Origin: an uncultured Gemmatimonadaceae bacterium
GTDB taxonomy: Bacteria; Gemmatimonadota; Gemmatimonadetes; Gemmatimonadales; Gemmatimonadaceae
Assembly (NCBI GenBank): GCA_963829055.1
Contig: CAWHHI010000004.1
Span: forward strand, 640,001 to 704,000
DNA length: 64,000 bases
Direction of reading: 5' to 3'
In this document: positions 47,172 to 58,290 of the stretch, piece after piece
Layout of the letters: every line of letters starts with the position of its first letter
Position numbering within the stretch: position 1 is the first letter of the stretch
Position numbers and translations under genes: made by a program
Notes under the pieces: generated by a model
What the model saw: the letters and a program-made list of their open reading frames with translations, nothing else
Database searches by the model: none
Told to the model about the DNA's origin: nothing

Positions 47172-47789
47172 TCAAGCGTCGTTGAGCCAGTCCTCTTGTT
47201 GAAGTCTGCGGGCACGATCGCGCGGGGCGAGGGTGGAGACAGCGAACAGCGCGCAAAGGAACGACGAACGTCCACGGACGCGCTTCTCGATCCACTGATA
47301 GGCCACGCCGTGGAGCAGCGTCAGCGGACCAGGCCCAGTGGTCGCCAGAGCGTGGACCCACCGCCACCTGTCGACGCCCAGACGCCTCAGAGACAGCGTC
47401 GTTCGACGTCGCGAGCAGGAGCGACGAAGATCAGGGTCGCGGCAAGGCCGGTGTAGTTCGCCAGACCAAACGGGTCCAGTCGAGGAAGCAGGATCAGGCC
47501 GCTGACGAGCCTGCGCGAAGTACTCCCACATCTTGCCGCGCATGTGCACCTGCAGCCCGATAACCACGTGCACCACGGCAAGCATGCCGCTCCAGATCCC
47601 GAAGTCGCGCCTGATGTCTGTGCTCAACGGATAGCGCCGTCCCTGTAGCTCCGCGAACGGGCCGAACGCGAGCGTGACAGCGAACAGCGCGAGCCCGACG
47701 TACGCCGTCGCCATGCTCGCCCGGAACATGGCGTCGTCGGATTCGACTAACGCGAAAATCGAATCGCCGTGGCGGCGACACTGCCGCAC
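47172..47789 (-). CDS. Ferric-reductase-like transmembrane (MsrQ-like) protein, frameshifted, start uncertain
   Basis: IRRDFGIWSG..VHVVIGLQVH, ANYTGL, LRRLG..WRWVH, LTLLHG. Confidence 0.65.
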   Translation of the reverse strand: MRQCRRHGDSIFALVESDDAMFRASMATAYVGLALFAVTLAFGPFAELQGRRYPLSTDIRRDFGIWSGMLAVVHVVIGLQVHMRGKMWEYFAQARQRPDPASSTGPVWSGELHRPCRDPDLRRSCSRRRTTLSLRRLGVDRWRWVHALATTGPGPLTLLHGVAYQWIEKRVRGRSSFLCALFAVSTLAPRDRARRLQQEDWLNDA

Positions 47790-47898
47790 CTGACCAAGTG
47801 CGGGTGGGTCGTCGCAACTGGCGTGATGCGTCGCTGGTATGGCTGCTCCTCGTCAACACGCGACTACCCTCTGCGGGACAACAGGCAACGAAAGAACA

Positions 47899-47928
47899 AC
47901 GCCCGCGTGGCAATTGCCACGCGGGCGT
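47899..47928 (-). terminator. Terminator of the wza-sugar transferase operon
   Basis: Perfect palindrome ACGCCCGCGTGGCAATTGCCACGCGGGCGT with a T-rich tail on the minus strand. Confidence 0.75.
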
Positions 47929-47964
47929 CCTGCAATCTATTCGAACGCCGAAGACGCGTCGCCG

Positions 47965-48780
47965 CTACCAGCCGCGAATCTTCAGCACCATCGTCGGGAC
48001 GGTCTTCGCCATGATTGCAATGTCCGTCATCAGGCTCTGGCACTTCAGGTACTCGAGGTCGTAGCGGACTTTCGCCCGCACGTCGTCCAGGCATGAGTCG
48101 TAGCTCAGATTGATCTGTGCGAGGCCGGTGATACCCGGCTTCACGCGCTGACGCAGCGGGTACTCGCGAATGTCCTCGCGCAGACGGGCGACGATGCTCG
48201 GGCGCTCCGGGCGCGGGCCGACGATGTTCATGTCGCCACGCACGACGTTGATCAGCTGCGGCCATTCGTCGACGCGGAACTTGCGCATGAAACGGCCAAG
48301 CGGCGTCGCACGCGGGTCGTTCACCGTCGCCCACACGGCGCCCGACTTACCCTCGGCGTTCACATACATCGAGCGGAACTTGTAGATCGTGAACGCGGCG
48401 CCACCGAGGTCCTGCAGCCGGCGCTCGCGGATCGCGAGCTCACGACGGCCACGCCGATCGATGCCGACGCGGGTTTGCGTGTAGAAGATCGGGCCGCGCG
48501 ACGTGAGCTTGATCGCGATGGCCACGAGAACGAAGAACGGCGAGAGGATCGCGAGCGCGATCACGCCTAGCGTTAGGTTCACGGCCCGGTTGAGACGATC
48601 CGATCGCTCTCGCGGGACGACATCGATCAACGGCTCCTGAGCTTCGACCTCCCGAACGGTCTCGATCTGGCGCGGGCGCTCGATCGTGCGACCGTCGGCC
48701 GTTTCCGGTCGACGAGTGCGACGCGCGCCGGAAGGCACGCGAACACTGACGTGGTCTGCAAGGTGCGGGTAGGACTCCAT
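47965..48780 (-). CDS. Priming sugar transferase (Bac_transf, undecaprenyl-phosphate phosphoglycosyltransferase)
   Basis: IYKFRSM, DPRATPLGRFMRKFRVDEWPQLINV, GPRPERP, VKPGITGLAQ. Confidence 0.95.
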   Translation of the reverse strand: MESYPHLADHVSVRVPSGARRTRRPETADGRTIERPRQIETVREVEAQEPLIDVVPRERSDRLNRAVNLTLGVIALAILSPFFVLVAIAIKLTSRGPIFYTQTRVGIDRRGRRELAIRERRLQDLGGAAFTIYKFRSMYVNAEGKSGAVWATVNDPRATPLGRFMRKFRVDEWPQLINVVRGDMNIVGPRPERPSIVARLREDIREYPLRQRVKPGITGLAQINLSYDSCLDDVRAKVRYDLEYLKCQSLMTDIAIMAKTVPTMVLKIRGW

Positions 48781-48827
48781 ATCCTCTCGAGGGTGCCGCA
48801 GGGTCAAGGTTCGGCCAGCGTGTTCGT

Positions 48828-49674
48828 TCAGCGTCCGGTGATCCAGAAGATAGTAAACGCAATCGAACTGGCAGCTGCAGCTACGGTGGCGATCTTCTGC
48901 CACTTCGAACCGGACAACTTCGCAGGAATAAACAACTCATCGCCAGGTCGCGCTCCGATGTCGCTCAGCGTGTACTCGGATCGGATAGCAGCCTGAATCC
49001 CATCGCGGCTCACGACAACTGTTGAACCGCGTCTCAACTCGGTCTTGTTGATGTCCGCCGAGGTCGACGGACCCCCCGCATTCATGATCACATCACTGAC
49101 AGGCGTGTCGGTGCGAACCGAATAGAAGCCCGGGCTCGCCACGTCACCACTCACTTGTACGCGGAGCATGGTCTGCGCGCGCACAGAAGGGTCCCGAATG
49201 TACTGGGCCAGCTTCGTCTGCAGATAGCCCTGTAACTCGGAATCCAGAATGCCGGCTAACGAAATTTCCGGAAGATTAGGCAACTGCAACTTCTGATCCG
49301 ACCGAACCGTGAACGTGTCCGAAAGCGCGCTGTCTCCGGTCACGAACAGCAAAATGCGGTGGCCCGCCTGGAAGTCGCCCTCAACGAGCCGCTTTCGGAT
49401 CGTCCTCGCTTGTCCCAGATACCCGGCGCGTTTGCCCGCATCCTTTTCGGAGGCGGCGAGCCGTTCGAAGTTCTTCGCTGCCTCTTCGAGAGTCGAGCGC
49501 CGCGCGCTGATCCTCTCCGGAGTCGCGACGGGGGCCACGGGCGTCGACGTCGTTTGCGCTGTTGCCGAGCCAACTAGCCAACGGGCACGCGATAGCGCTG
49601 ATGACCAAGGTGACAAGACGCGAGAGGCGGATCGAACCAATCCGCCTGGCGGAACGAATGAAAGTAGAAATCAT
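48828..49674 (-). CDS. Polysaccharide export protein (Wza-like, SLBB domain); 5' frameshift
   Basis: DFQAGHRI, LQLPNLPEISLAG, YIRDPSV, VSGDVASPGFY, AGGP, PGDELFIP. Confidence 0.8.
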
Positions 49675-49867
49675 GTGTGAAACCCTCGTTGCAGCCTTCG
49701 TGCTACTGGGTGCCTGTCGCACCGGATGCGTAAGTCGCTGCACCCCAGTGCATTGGCATTTCAGTGGTGGCTCACGGCCGAGCTGAGACCGCCCAAATGT
49801 CGTGTGGACACTACACCCTTAGGCAGCGCTCCTACACTCGCGGCCGCACGATCGTTCGTAACGTGAG

Positions 49868-49883
49868 TGCCAGCACCGTGCCG
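49868..49883 (-). promoter_or_regulatory. Candidate sigma54 promoter for the wza-like operon
   Basis: Minus strand reads CGGCACGGTGCTGGCA (GGCACG, GG-N10-GC). Confidence 0.45.
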
Positions 49884-50180
49884 TTCCCATCCGTGGAGTC
49901 GATACTCACCCGTTCCTTTCCAAACGCCTCACCAAGATAGAGCAGACGAAAGTACCGACTGCTGTGGCTTGAGTAACGCAATTTTACCGAAACTGTAGCG
50001 ACCGATCCTCAAAGCGAGCGAGAGGCCACCCGCGGATATCAGCGTAACCCGCTGCTGTAGCGGTGCTTGAGAATAGGTGGCCTAGCTGCACGAGTCCTGC
50101 AATGATCTACGGACGAAGTGAGCTAGCTCACATTTCCAAGCACATGCTGGTTACCGCGATCGACCGACGCCCGAGGGCGC

Positions 50181-51131
50181 ATGCTCGACCCAGAAAAGCA
50201 CTCCGCCCCTCCGCTCGTCCTGATAGCCAACGACCAGGAATGGTCTGCGCGTTCCCTCGAAAGCATTCTCGGCCCGCAGGGATACGCCGTTGTCCGCGCG
50301 CACACGGGTAGACAGGCGATCGACCTCGTGTGGCGTACGCACCCCGACGCGATCGTCATCGATTCGGGGATGCCTGACATTGGTGGCGTCGAAGTCTGCC
50401 GATTGCTGCGTCGAGACCCGCGCTTCCCGGCGAGTACACCAGTCATCGTGACCGCGGCAGGGCCCACCGCCCGGTCCGAGCGTCTGGAAGCATTCCGCGC
50501 TGGAGCGTGGGAGTACTGCCCCGACCCGATCGATGCGGAGTCGCTGCTGTGCAAGCTCGAGACCTTCATCGCATCGAAGCGGGAGCTGGATCAATGCCAC
50601 GACGAGAGTCTGCTCGATCGCGTCACCGGCCTATACAACGTGCGCGGACTGACACGGCGCGCACAGGAGCTTGGCGCCGACGCCTCTCGTCGCCAGGCGC
50701 CCCTGTCGTGTGTCGCGCTGTCCGCGATGCCTAACGTCGATGTCGGCGACGCGGACGGTGACGAGCTCTCGCAGCGGATTGGGGAGCATCTCGGCGGGAT
50801 CTTCCGCCGGGCCGCTCGCGTGTCTGACATCGTCGGTCACCTCGGTCGATCGGAGTTCGGTATCATCGCGCCCGCGACAGCGGCCGGTGGCGCCGTGCGG
50901 CTGGTCGAGCGTATTCAGGAAATGGTGCGATCGACTCCGCTCGTCGCCGACGGCGGCGACCACCCGCTACAACTTCGTGCGGGCTATTGCGCTGTTCCGA
51001 ACTTCGCGGAGTCGTCGGTGGATGCGGTCGAACTGCTGCTGCGTGCTGCGACCGCGCTGCGCCACGTGAAGGGAAGCGAGGCGCGCGGTATTACCGCGTT
51101 CGAGGACGTCCCTCTCCGGTTCGTGCACTGA
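50181..51131 (+). CDS. Response regulator: REC plus degenerate GGDEF domain
   Basis: VLIANDQEW, IDSGMPD; DRVTGLYNVRG; active site reads GRSEF. Confidence 0.85.
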   Translation: MLDPEKHSAPPLVLIANDQEWSARSLESILGPQGYAVVRAHTGRQAIDLVWRTHPDAIVIDSGMPDIGGVEVCRLLRRDPRFPASTPVIVTAAGPTARSERLEAFRAGAWEYCPDPIDAESLLCKLETFIASKRELDQCHDESLLDRVTGLYNVRGLTRRAQELGADASRRQAPLSCVALSAMPNVDVGDADGDELSQRIGEHLGGIFRRAARVSDIVGHLGRSEFGIIAPATAAGGAVRLVERIQEMVRSTPLVADGGDHPLQLRAGYCAVPNFAESSVDAVELLLRAATALRHVKGSEARGITAFEDVPLRFVH

Positions 51132-51180
51132 CCCAACGCTGACCGAAAGCGCCTCGCCGACTGCGCGCACTGCACAAAAG

Positions 51181-51220
51181 AGAGAAGGGCCGGGCGATTC
51201 GAATCGCCCGGCCCTTCTCT
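51181..51220. terminator. Probable bidirectional terminator between convergent genes
   Basis: Perfect 40-bp palindrome AGAGAAGGGCCGGGCGATTC/GAATCGCCCGGCCCTTCTCT. Confidence 0.85.
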
Positions 51221-51268
51221 CGTGCTGGAACTTCACGCCGACGTTAGGCGAATGAAGCCAAGGCAGTC

Positions 51269-53698
51269 CTAGTTCCGGCGCGCCGGCAGCGACGAGCCAC
51301 CGCCACCCGCCTGAACGAGTCGCGGCTCCTCATCCTCGTCGAGCGTGCCGTAGCCATCGAGGTAGGCGTAGTACTTGTACATCCCCTCGGCCTGAATGTC
51401 GTTCAGCACCGCACCGATGAGACGGACCGGGAGTCGGTCCAACGTCGTCAGCTTCGCCTGTGCGAGCTTGCGATCGGTCTGTCCGGTGCGCAACACCAGC
51501 AGCATGCTGCCCGCCGCGGCACCTAACGCGTATGGGTCGATGCCGGCACCGAGCGGTGCGGTATCCACAATGATCGCGTCGAACCGCGAGCGAAGCCCAC
51601 GGATCGTCTTCACCGTCGCGTCGGCCGCCAACAACTCGGGGCCGCGATGACGCCGTGTGCCGCACGGGATCACGAACAGATTGCCGTGCGACGTCTCGCG
51701 GATGACATCCTCGATCGCAACGTCGCCCGTCAGGTGGTCGACGAGCCCCGGACGCTGAGGAATCGAGAACGTCGAGTGCAACTGGCCCCGACGAATGTCG
51801 CCATCGATCAACAGCGTGCGGTATCCCGCTTCGGCGAATGCGAGCGCGAGGTTCGACGAGATGAGAGACTTGCCGTCTCCGGGCCCAGGGCTGGAGATCG
51901 CAAGCATCACCGGCCCAGTGCCTTCGGCCGCGTTGCGTACATTCAGGCGGAGGCCTCGGAAGGCTTCGACAAGCTGCGCCTCGTCCTCCATGCGCGTGGC
52001 GCCGTTCTTCCCGCGACGGATCGTGGGAATGGTACCGAGAATGTCGAGTCCCAGCTCGTGCGTCGCCTGCTCGGGATAGCGGAATCGCTTGTCGAGCAGG
52101 TCGAGGATGATCGCGAGTAGAATCGCGAAGCCCAGGCTCCCACCGATGACGAGCAGCAGGATCATCGGCGCGGTGTTGCTCGCGGGCTGTGACGGCGCGA
52201 CGGCCGAGTCGAGCACGCTCACGTCGGGAATCGCGCTGGCTTCAGCGAGCTTCGCGAGGTTCCACCGACCCTGAATATCCGCGTAGAGGTTCGCCGCCTG
52301 ATCACGCTCGCGAATCAGTCGACCTTCCTCGATCGCCGTCGCGGGTATCTGCTTCATGTCACTCGATGCGGCCGCGATGCGCCGATCGAGCTCGGTTTCC
52401 TCGCTCTTCAGCTGCTCGAGCGTCTGACGCGTGATTGCCGGAATGGTCTGCGTTTTCATGCGCTCGACTTCCGCCTTCTTTGCAATCACGAGCGGCGCGG
52501 AGTCGGTGTACTTCGCGCTCAGGGTGCGGAGATCGGCCTCTGATTTCGTCAGCTCGTCGACGGCATTCTTCAGATTCGGCGACCCGCCCAGTACGCCCGG
52601 AATGCTCAACAGCTGCTCAGGCGTGACTGCGGTGTTCGGTCCTGAGTTCGCCAGGGCCTGGACCGCCTCTCGATTGCGACGCGCGACCTCGGCCTTGACG
52701 CGGAGGTCGAGGAAGCTGAGGATGCCCGGGTTGTCCGTGATTCCGACGCCCGGTTGCACCGTCAACTGGCGCGTCGGCTTCAGAGCGTTCGCGACCTGGA
52801 AATCCTTGAGCTGACGTTCGAGGTTCTGCAGATTGCCTAACGACTGTTCCAGCTGCTCACCGAGCGCAACCCTCTGGTCCGTGAGGTTCCGCTTCTTGAG
52901 CGCGGCGGCCTCGCCAACGAACTCCTCGAGCACGGCGTTCATCGTCCGCGCGAGCTCCTGCGAGCGCTGACCCCGAAGCGACAGTTTGATGAAATTGCTG
53001 TTGGGCGGGGTGAAGACGTTCAGTCGGTTTCGCAGGTCGTTCGCCGCCTCACGCGGCGTGCGGACCGCGAACTTCACCTCCTGACGGGCCGAGAGCTGGT
53101 CAGTCGGCGGAAGCCACGCGAAGCCAACTGTGCGGCCAATGGAATCGCCGAGCGCGCCGCTCTCGACTGTCGCCTTCGTGCGGCCTCGCTTGACTATGAG
53201 GTCGTACTTCTTCGACGCGCGGTTCACCGTCAGGGTGTAGTCGCCCGTCTGCAGGTCGGACGTCGGTTGAAATTCGCGGAACAGCAGCGAGTCGCTGTCG
53301 GATCTGGGCGTGACGTACATCCCGATCTTCCGCGCGACGGGATCCAGAATGGCGAAGCTCTTGAGGAGCTCGCTCCATGCCTGATCGTTGAGCACTACTT
53401 GGGGGCGTACCGGCCCTTTTGGATCAGGCGATTCGCCGACGACGATCGTGGTGTCGACCTGGTAGGTTGGCTTGATGAACCGCGTTGCTACGACCCCGCC
53501 AATGCTGCCCAACAGGACGATGACCGCAATGAGCCACTTGTAGCGTTTCAGCGCCGAGACGTAACGGCCAATGTTGATGGCACCGGGAGCTGGCGGCGTA
53601 GGCGATGCGGGCGGACCCCAGTTCTGACCTGCAAGCGCGCCCCCATCAGGAGCGAGCTCCAATGACGGAGGCGTCGACGGGACGAGAGATCCAGACAT
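51269..53698 (-). CDS. wzc: Polysaccharide co-polymerase / tyrosine autokinase
   Basis: Two TM helices, coiled coil, EAFRGLRLN, SSPGPGDGKS, LLIDGDIRR, IIVDTAP, C-terminal Tyr cluster YKYYAY..Y. Confidence 0.93.
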   Translation of the reverse strand: MSGSLVPSTPPSLELAPDGGALAGQNWGPPASPTPPAPGAINIGRYVSALKRYKWLIAVIVLLGSIGGVVATRFIKPTYQVDTTIVVGESPDPKGPVRPQVVLNDQAWSELLKSFAILDPVARKIGMYVTPRSDSDSLLFREFQPTSDLQTGDYTLTVNRASKKYDLIVKRGRTKATVESGALGDSIGRTVGFAWLPPTDQLSARQEVKFAVRTPREAANDLRNRLNVFTPPNSNFIKLSLRGQRSQELARTMNAVLEEFVGEAAALKKRNLTDQRVALGEQLEQSLGNLQNLERQLKDFQVANALKPTRQLTVQPGVGITDNPGILSFLDLRVKAEVARRNREAVQALANSGPNTAVTPEQLLSIPGVLGGSPNLKNAVDELTKSEADLRTLSAKYTDSAPLVIAKKAEVERMKTQTIPAITRQTLEQLKSEETELDRRIAAASSDMKQIPATAIEEGRLIRERDQAANLYADIQGRWNLAKLAEASAIPDVSVLDSAVAPSQPASNTAPMILLLVIGGSLGFAILLAIILDLLDKRFRYPEQATHELGLDILGTIPTIRRGKNGATRMEDEAQLVEAFRGLRLNVRNAAEGTGPVMLAISSPGPGDGKSLISSNLALAFAEAGYRTLLIDGDIRRGQLHSTFSIPQRPGLVDHLTGDVAIEDVIRETSHGNLFVIPCGTRRHRGPELLAADATVKTIRGLRSRFDAIIVDTAPLGAGIDPYALGAAAGSMLLVLRTGQTDRKLAQAKLTTLDRLPVRLIGAVLNDIQAEGMYKYYAYLDGYGTLDEDEEPRLVQAGGGGSSLPARRN

Positions 53699-54159
53699 TA
53701 GAGACGGTAGGAGCGTGAGAAGGCCTAGCCGAAGTCTACCACAAAGTAATACCGCGCCGTGTGTCGAACGTCGCACGTGAGCGCGGTGGAAGACTGAACG
53801 AGAGCCCTTTCCGCAAAATCAGGCCCACGGTCGAGGGCGTCCACTCGCTCTTCGGCACGGCTATTCCGGGCACTGCAGGGACTCCCAAGAGCTGGTATTC
53901 AGAACCCGTTGTCGTTGTGACGCACCACACGGTGTCGACGGTGATACACAACCACTGTTGCCAACCCGCTATGCTGTAGCTTCGTGGCAGCATTTTTTCG
54001 TTGTGGTTACACACATTTGGTCGTCGTAACGGATGAGTCGCGCGGGCCCCGTCGATGAACTGGGGGCGGCAGTCCCGCTACAACTGATCCAATCCTGATG
54101 AATCGGCGCGACGGCCGGCATGAATGGGCCGCGTGTCTCATACCTCAAGGAGTTAGTCG

Positions 54160-55698
54160 ATGTCGTCTTCGGCCGCGGTACTAGGTGACTCGGGGCGCTC
54201 ACTCGCCGCAGCGGATGGGGAAGCCGCGCGAGATCCGCTGTCCATCTCCGCCGAGGTCAAGTCGAGCCTCAGCCTTCTGATCGTGGACGACGACAGGACG
54301 TTGCGCGAAGGCTGCGCCAGCGTGCTGCAGATGGATGGGTTCAACGTCACGACACTCGGTCGGGGTGACGAAGCGCTCGAGTTGGTCCGGCGTCGGAAGT
54401 TCGACATCGTGCTGGTCGATCTCTATATGACCCCTGTCTCGGGCATGGAGATCCTGCGGGCGACGTTGTCGGCGCACAAGGAAACGATCGTCGTCGTCAT
54501 GACCGGCAATCCGAGTGTGACGACCAGTATCGAGGCGTTGCGGGCAGGCGCGTGGGACTACCTGCCCAAGCCGTTCTCAGCGACCCACCTCCAGGTGCTG
54601 ATCGGCCGTGCCTCACACGCGGTCATGGTCGCGCGCGAGACGCGCGACCTGCGTATCCAACTGCTCAAGCAGAACGGGAACAGCGACAAGCTGACTCTGC
54701 TTGGCGTGTCGCCCGCATTCAGGAAGGCGGTCGATCTCGCGCGGCGGGTTGCGAGCACGGATGCGTCCGTGATGATCATGGGCGAGAGCGGAACCGGTAA
54801 GGAAGTCATCGCCCAGTTCATCCATCAGCACAGCCGCCGCGCGAGCCGACAGGTCGTGCCGATCAACTGCGCAGCGCTTCCGGAAGGGCTGCTCGAGAGT
54901 GAGCTCTTCGGGCATCGAAAGGGCGCTTTCACGGGCGCAGACCGCGATAAGCCCGGCCTGCTCGAGATCGCGAACGGGGGCACGTTGTTTCTGGATGAGC
55001 TGACTGAGATGTCTCTCCCCATCCAGGCCAAGCTGTTACGCGTGCTCCAGGATGGTGTCGTACGACGAGTTGGGAGCGAGCAGCAGGACGCCGTCGTCGA
55101 CGTGCGCTTCATCTCTGCGACGAACCGCGATCCCGCCGAGTGCGTGGCCAAGGGTACGCTGCGCGAGGATCTGCTGTACCGGCTTCGCGTCGTCCCGATC
55201 AAGCTGCCGCCGCTGCGCAAGCGCCTCGAGGATATCCCGCTGCTGGCGAATCACTTCCTGACGCACTTCTGGGAGCGCCATCGCCAGCCCGGCGAGCCTG
55301 CCCCGCGCCTCACGGAGGCGGCGATCGAGTTCCTCCGGTCGCGCCCATGGCGGGGCAACGTGCGTGAATTGCAGAACGTGGTGGAGCAGCTTGCTGTGTT
55401 GGCTGAGCCCGGCCAAGGTGTTCAGCCTGATGATGTGCCCCAGTACGACGACGCGACCGTCGCGCCCGCGACCGCGACGGGGTTGCCCGTGAGCATCATG
55501 ACTGAGAGCTTCCACCTGGCCAAGGAGAAGCTCGTGGCGCATTTCGAGAAGGAATATCTGACGCAGCTCATCGCGCGGGCCGGGTCGAACATGTCGAAGG
55601 CAGCACGGCTCGCGAGCATTGATCGAACGACGCTCTACCGCCTCATGGAGAAGCACGGTTTTCGTCGCGACGAATTTGGTGGCACTGTCGACGAGTGA
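54160..55698 (+). CDS. Sigma54-dependent NtrC-family response regulator
   Basis: REC (IVDDD, VDLYM, LPKPF), [27 protein letters not shown], Fis HTH. Confidence 0.95.
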   Translation: MSSSAAVLGDSGRSLAAADGEAARDPLSISAEVKSSLSLLIVDDDRTLREGCASVLQMDGFNVTTLGRGDEALELVRRRKFDIVLVDLYMTPVSGMEILRATLSAHKETIVVVMTGNPSVTTSIEALRAGAWDYLPKPFSATHLQVLIGRASHAVMVARETRDLRIQLLKQNGNSDKLTLLGVSPAFRKAVDLARRVASTDASVMIMGESGTGKEVIAQFIHQHSRRASRQVVPINCAALPEGLLESELFGHRKGAFTGADRDKPGLLEIANGGTLFLDELTEMSLPIQAKLLRVLQDGVVRRVGSEQQDAVVDVRFISATNRDPAECVAKGTLREDLLYRLRVVPIKLPPLRKRLEDIPLLANHFLTHFWERHRQPGEPAPRLTEAAIEFLRSRPWRGNVRELQNVVEQLAVLAEPGQGVQPDDVPQYDDATVAPATATGLPVSIMTESFHLAKEKLVAHFEKEYLTQLIARAGSNMSKAARLASIDRTTLYRLMEKHGFRRDEFGGTVDE

Positions 55699-56858
55699 GC
55701 CCCAGATCCGATCAGGGACGAGTGTCGCCGCAGCGCACGCAGAAGTCCGCCTCTCGCGCGAGCGCCGTCATCGACCAGGTCGACAGCGAATCTGACGTGT
55801 TCGCGACGAGCCCGGTATGGCGCGCCGTCACGGCGGCGGCTCAGGACGTCTGTGCCGAGTGGCCGCACACGGAGCATGGGGCGACCTCACCGGCCGACGT
55901 CCGTGTCACCGTCAGCGCACTGACCGAGAGCGTTAGGCAGGCGTGCGTCGGCGACTCCATCACGTTCGGATCGTTGCCGCCGTTCGTGCCGGTGCGGAGG
56001 GCGCTCGAGCTGCTGCGGCGTGCCTTTCTCGAGCGTGCCGGCTCCCCCGACGTCGCTTCTGCGGAGCCTGGTAGCGTGCTGGAGGTCGTCAAGGCAATGG
56101 AGCGCGTGCAGGACGCGCTCGATGACGACGCCGCGCACCGTTTCGCGGCCCGACTCTCAGGCGAGGATGCGCAGCAGCTCGTCGTGGAGATGGCGCATGA
56201 CATGCGCTCGCCGCTCGGCTCGATCCTCATTCTCGCCGAGCGTCTTCGCTACGGGTCGGGTGGAACGCTGACGCCCATTCAGGAGCGGCAGCTCGGGCTC
56301 GTGTACTCGGCTGCGTTCGGGCTGAGCGCGTTGGCCGGCGATGTGATCGAGCTGGCGCGTGGCGGAACGACGCTCATGGACCAGCCGCCAATGCCGTTCC
56401 TGGTTTCGGACGTGCTGCAGTCGATCATGGACATCCTCAGGCCAATGGCCGAGGAGAAGCGCCTCGTGGTGCGTTGTGTAGGACCTGAGGCGGATCTGCG
56501 CGTCGGATACCAGGCGGCGTTGAATCGGGTACTGCTCAACCTCGCTACCAACGCGATCAAGTTTACGAATGTCGGCTCGGTGGACGTGACGTGTCGCCAG
56601 CTCGACCGGAGCCGCGTCGAGTTTTCCGTGAAGGACACGGGCCGCGGGATTCCGACGCACGTGATGTCCAACCTCTTCGAGGCGTTTCGCCAGCGGCAGG
56701 TCACGGGCGACTACGCGTTCTCGAGCGCGGGGCTCGGCCTCTCGATCTGCAAGAAGCTCATCACCGCCATGGGTGGCGAGCTCGGAGTGGACACGGAGCT
56801 GGAGAAAGGGCACGCGATTCCACTTCGTGCTCGATTTGCCGCAAGGATCGAGATTGTA
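55695..56858 (+). CDS. Sensor histidine kinase without evident TM segment; 3' frameshift near 56810
   Basis: MAHDMRSPL, NLATNAIKFT, VKDTGRGI, GLGLSIC. Confidence 0.9.
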
Positions 56859-56990
56859 GGGAACGGGGAACCGGGAACGGGGAACCGAGGCTGGACGTTC
56901 GCTGCTACGTGGCTGCAGTTTGGCTGTGCGAGGTCGGCTTCGCGTCGAAGCGGAGTCTCCCGGTTCCCAGTTCCCCGATCCCGGTTGCCC
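56859..56990. repeat. Inverted pair of tandem heptamer arrays (GGGAACS)n ... (GTTCCC-like)n
   Basis: GGGAACG GGGAACC GGGAACG GGGAACC at 56859-56886; TCCCGGTTCCCAGTTCCCCGATCCCGGTTGCCC at 56958-56990. Confidence 0.7.
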
Positions 56991-56994
56991 GCTC

Positions 56995-58290
56995 ATGTCC
57001 CATCGTCGCGACTTCATCGCCACACTCGCCCGCGCAGGGCTGGCAGTCCCGGTCTTTCGTTCCACCGCGCTGGGCTCTGTACTCCGTGCGGAAGTCGTTG
57101 CCGGTGGGCGCGCAGCGGCGCCGCTGGCGGAGGACGAGAGCTACTGGGGCGAGATCCAGCGCGCATTCGACGCGGACAGAACGCTCATCAACCTCAACAA
57201 CGGCGGCGTCAGCCCTACGCCGTCACACGTGCTCGAGGCAATGATCCGCGACCTTCGCTTCTCGAACGAAGTGCCGGTCGAACACATGTGGGGCGTGCTC
57301 GAGCCGCGGATCGAGAGCGTTAGGCGGGAGCTGGCCAAGGAGTTTGGCTGCGACCCGGAGGAAATGGCGATCACGCGCAATGCCTCTGAGTCGAACGAGA
57401 CGATGATCTTCGGCCTCGATCTCAAACGAGGCGACGAAGTCATCGTCACGACGCAGAACTACGGCCGCATGATCACGTCGTGGGATCAGCGTGCGCGCCG
57501 TGAAGGCATCGTGGTGAAACAGATCAAGTTCACCGTGCCGCCACCATCGGACGACTACATCGTCGACCGATTCCGCGAGGCGATCACGCCGCGCACGCGC
57601 GTCATCGAGATCACGCACATCACGAATCTCACGGGGCAGATCCTCCCTGTGGCGAAGGTGGTGGCGATGGCGAGAGCGAAGGGCGTCGAGGTGTTCGTGG
57701 ACGGGGCCCATGCCTTCGCTCACTTCCCATTCACGCGCGACGAGCTCGGATGTGACTACTACGGCACGAGTCTCCACAAGTGGTTGTTGGCGCCGATCGG
57801 AACCGGATTTCTGTACGTTCGCAAGTCGAAGCAGAAGTCGCTCTGGCCGCTCATGGCGGCACCGGCGAGCATGGATGAGAACGTACGGAAGTACGAGGAG
57901 ATCGGCACGCATCCGGCCGCGAACCACAACGCAATCGCCGCGGCCCTAGCGTTCCATCGCGCTATTGGTGGAGAGCGGAAAGTCGCGCGGCTTCGCTACC
58001 TTCGCGACCGGTGGGCCAAGCGACTCATGGCGGAGAGCTCGCGTGTACGCGTGCTCACGCCATTGGACGGGAAGCAGGCTGGAGGTATCGCACTCTTCAA
58101 CGTCGACGGCATCGACAGCGCGAAGCTGCAGGGCTGGCTGTGGACGAAGCACCGAATCATCACGACGCCGATCATCCACGCGGAGTTCAACGGGCTCCGC
58201 GTCACACCTAACGTCTACACCACGCTCGACGAGGTCGACCGGTTCGGCGAAACGGTGCTCGAGGCGGTCGCGCGTGGTGTGAACGCCTAA
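56995..58290 (+). CDS. Class V PLP aminotransferase (isopenicillin N epimerase-like) with Tat signal
   Basis: MSHRRDFI; LNNGGVSP, VDGAH, SLHKWLLAPIGTG. Confidence 0.9.
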   Translation: MSHRRDFIATLARAGLAVPVFRSTALGSVLRAEVVAGGRAAAPLAEDESYWGEIQRAFDADRTLINLNNGGVSPTPSHVLEAMIRDLRFSNEVPVEHMWGVLEPRIESVRRELAKEFGCDPEEMAITRNASESNETMIFGLDLKRGDEVIVTTQNYGRMITSWDQRARREGIVVKQIKFTVPPPSDDYIVDRFREAITPRTRVIEITHITNLTGQILPVAKVVAMARAKGVEVFVDGAHAFAHFPFTRDELGCDYYGTSLHKWLLAPIGTGFLYVRKSKQKSLWPLMAAPASMDENVRKYEEIGTHPAANHNAIAAALAFHRAIGGERKVARLRYLRDRWAKRLMAESSRVRVLTPLDGKQAGGIALFNVDGIDSAKLQGWLWTKHRIITTPIIHAEFNGLRVTPNVYTTLDEVDRFGETVLEAVARGVNA

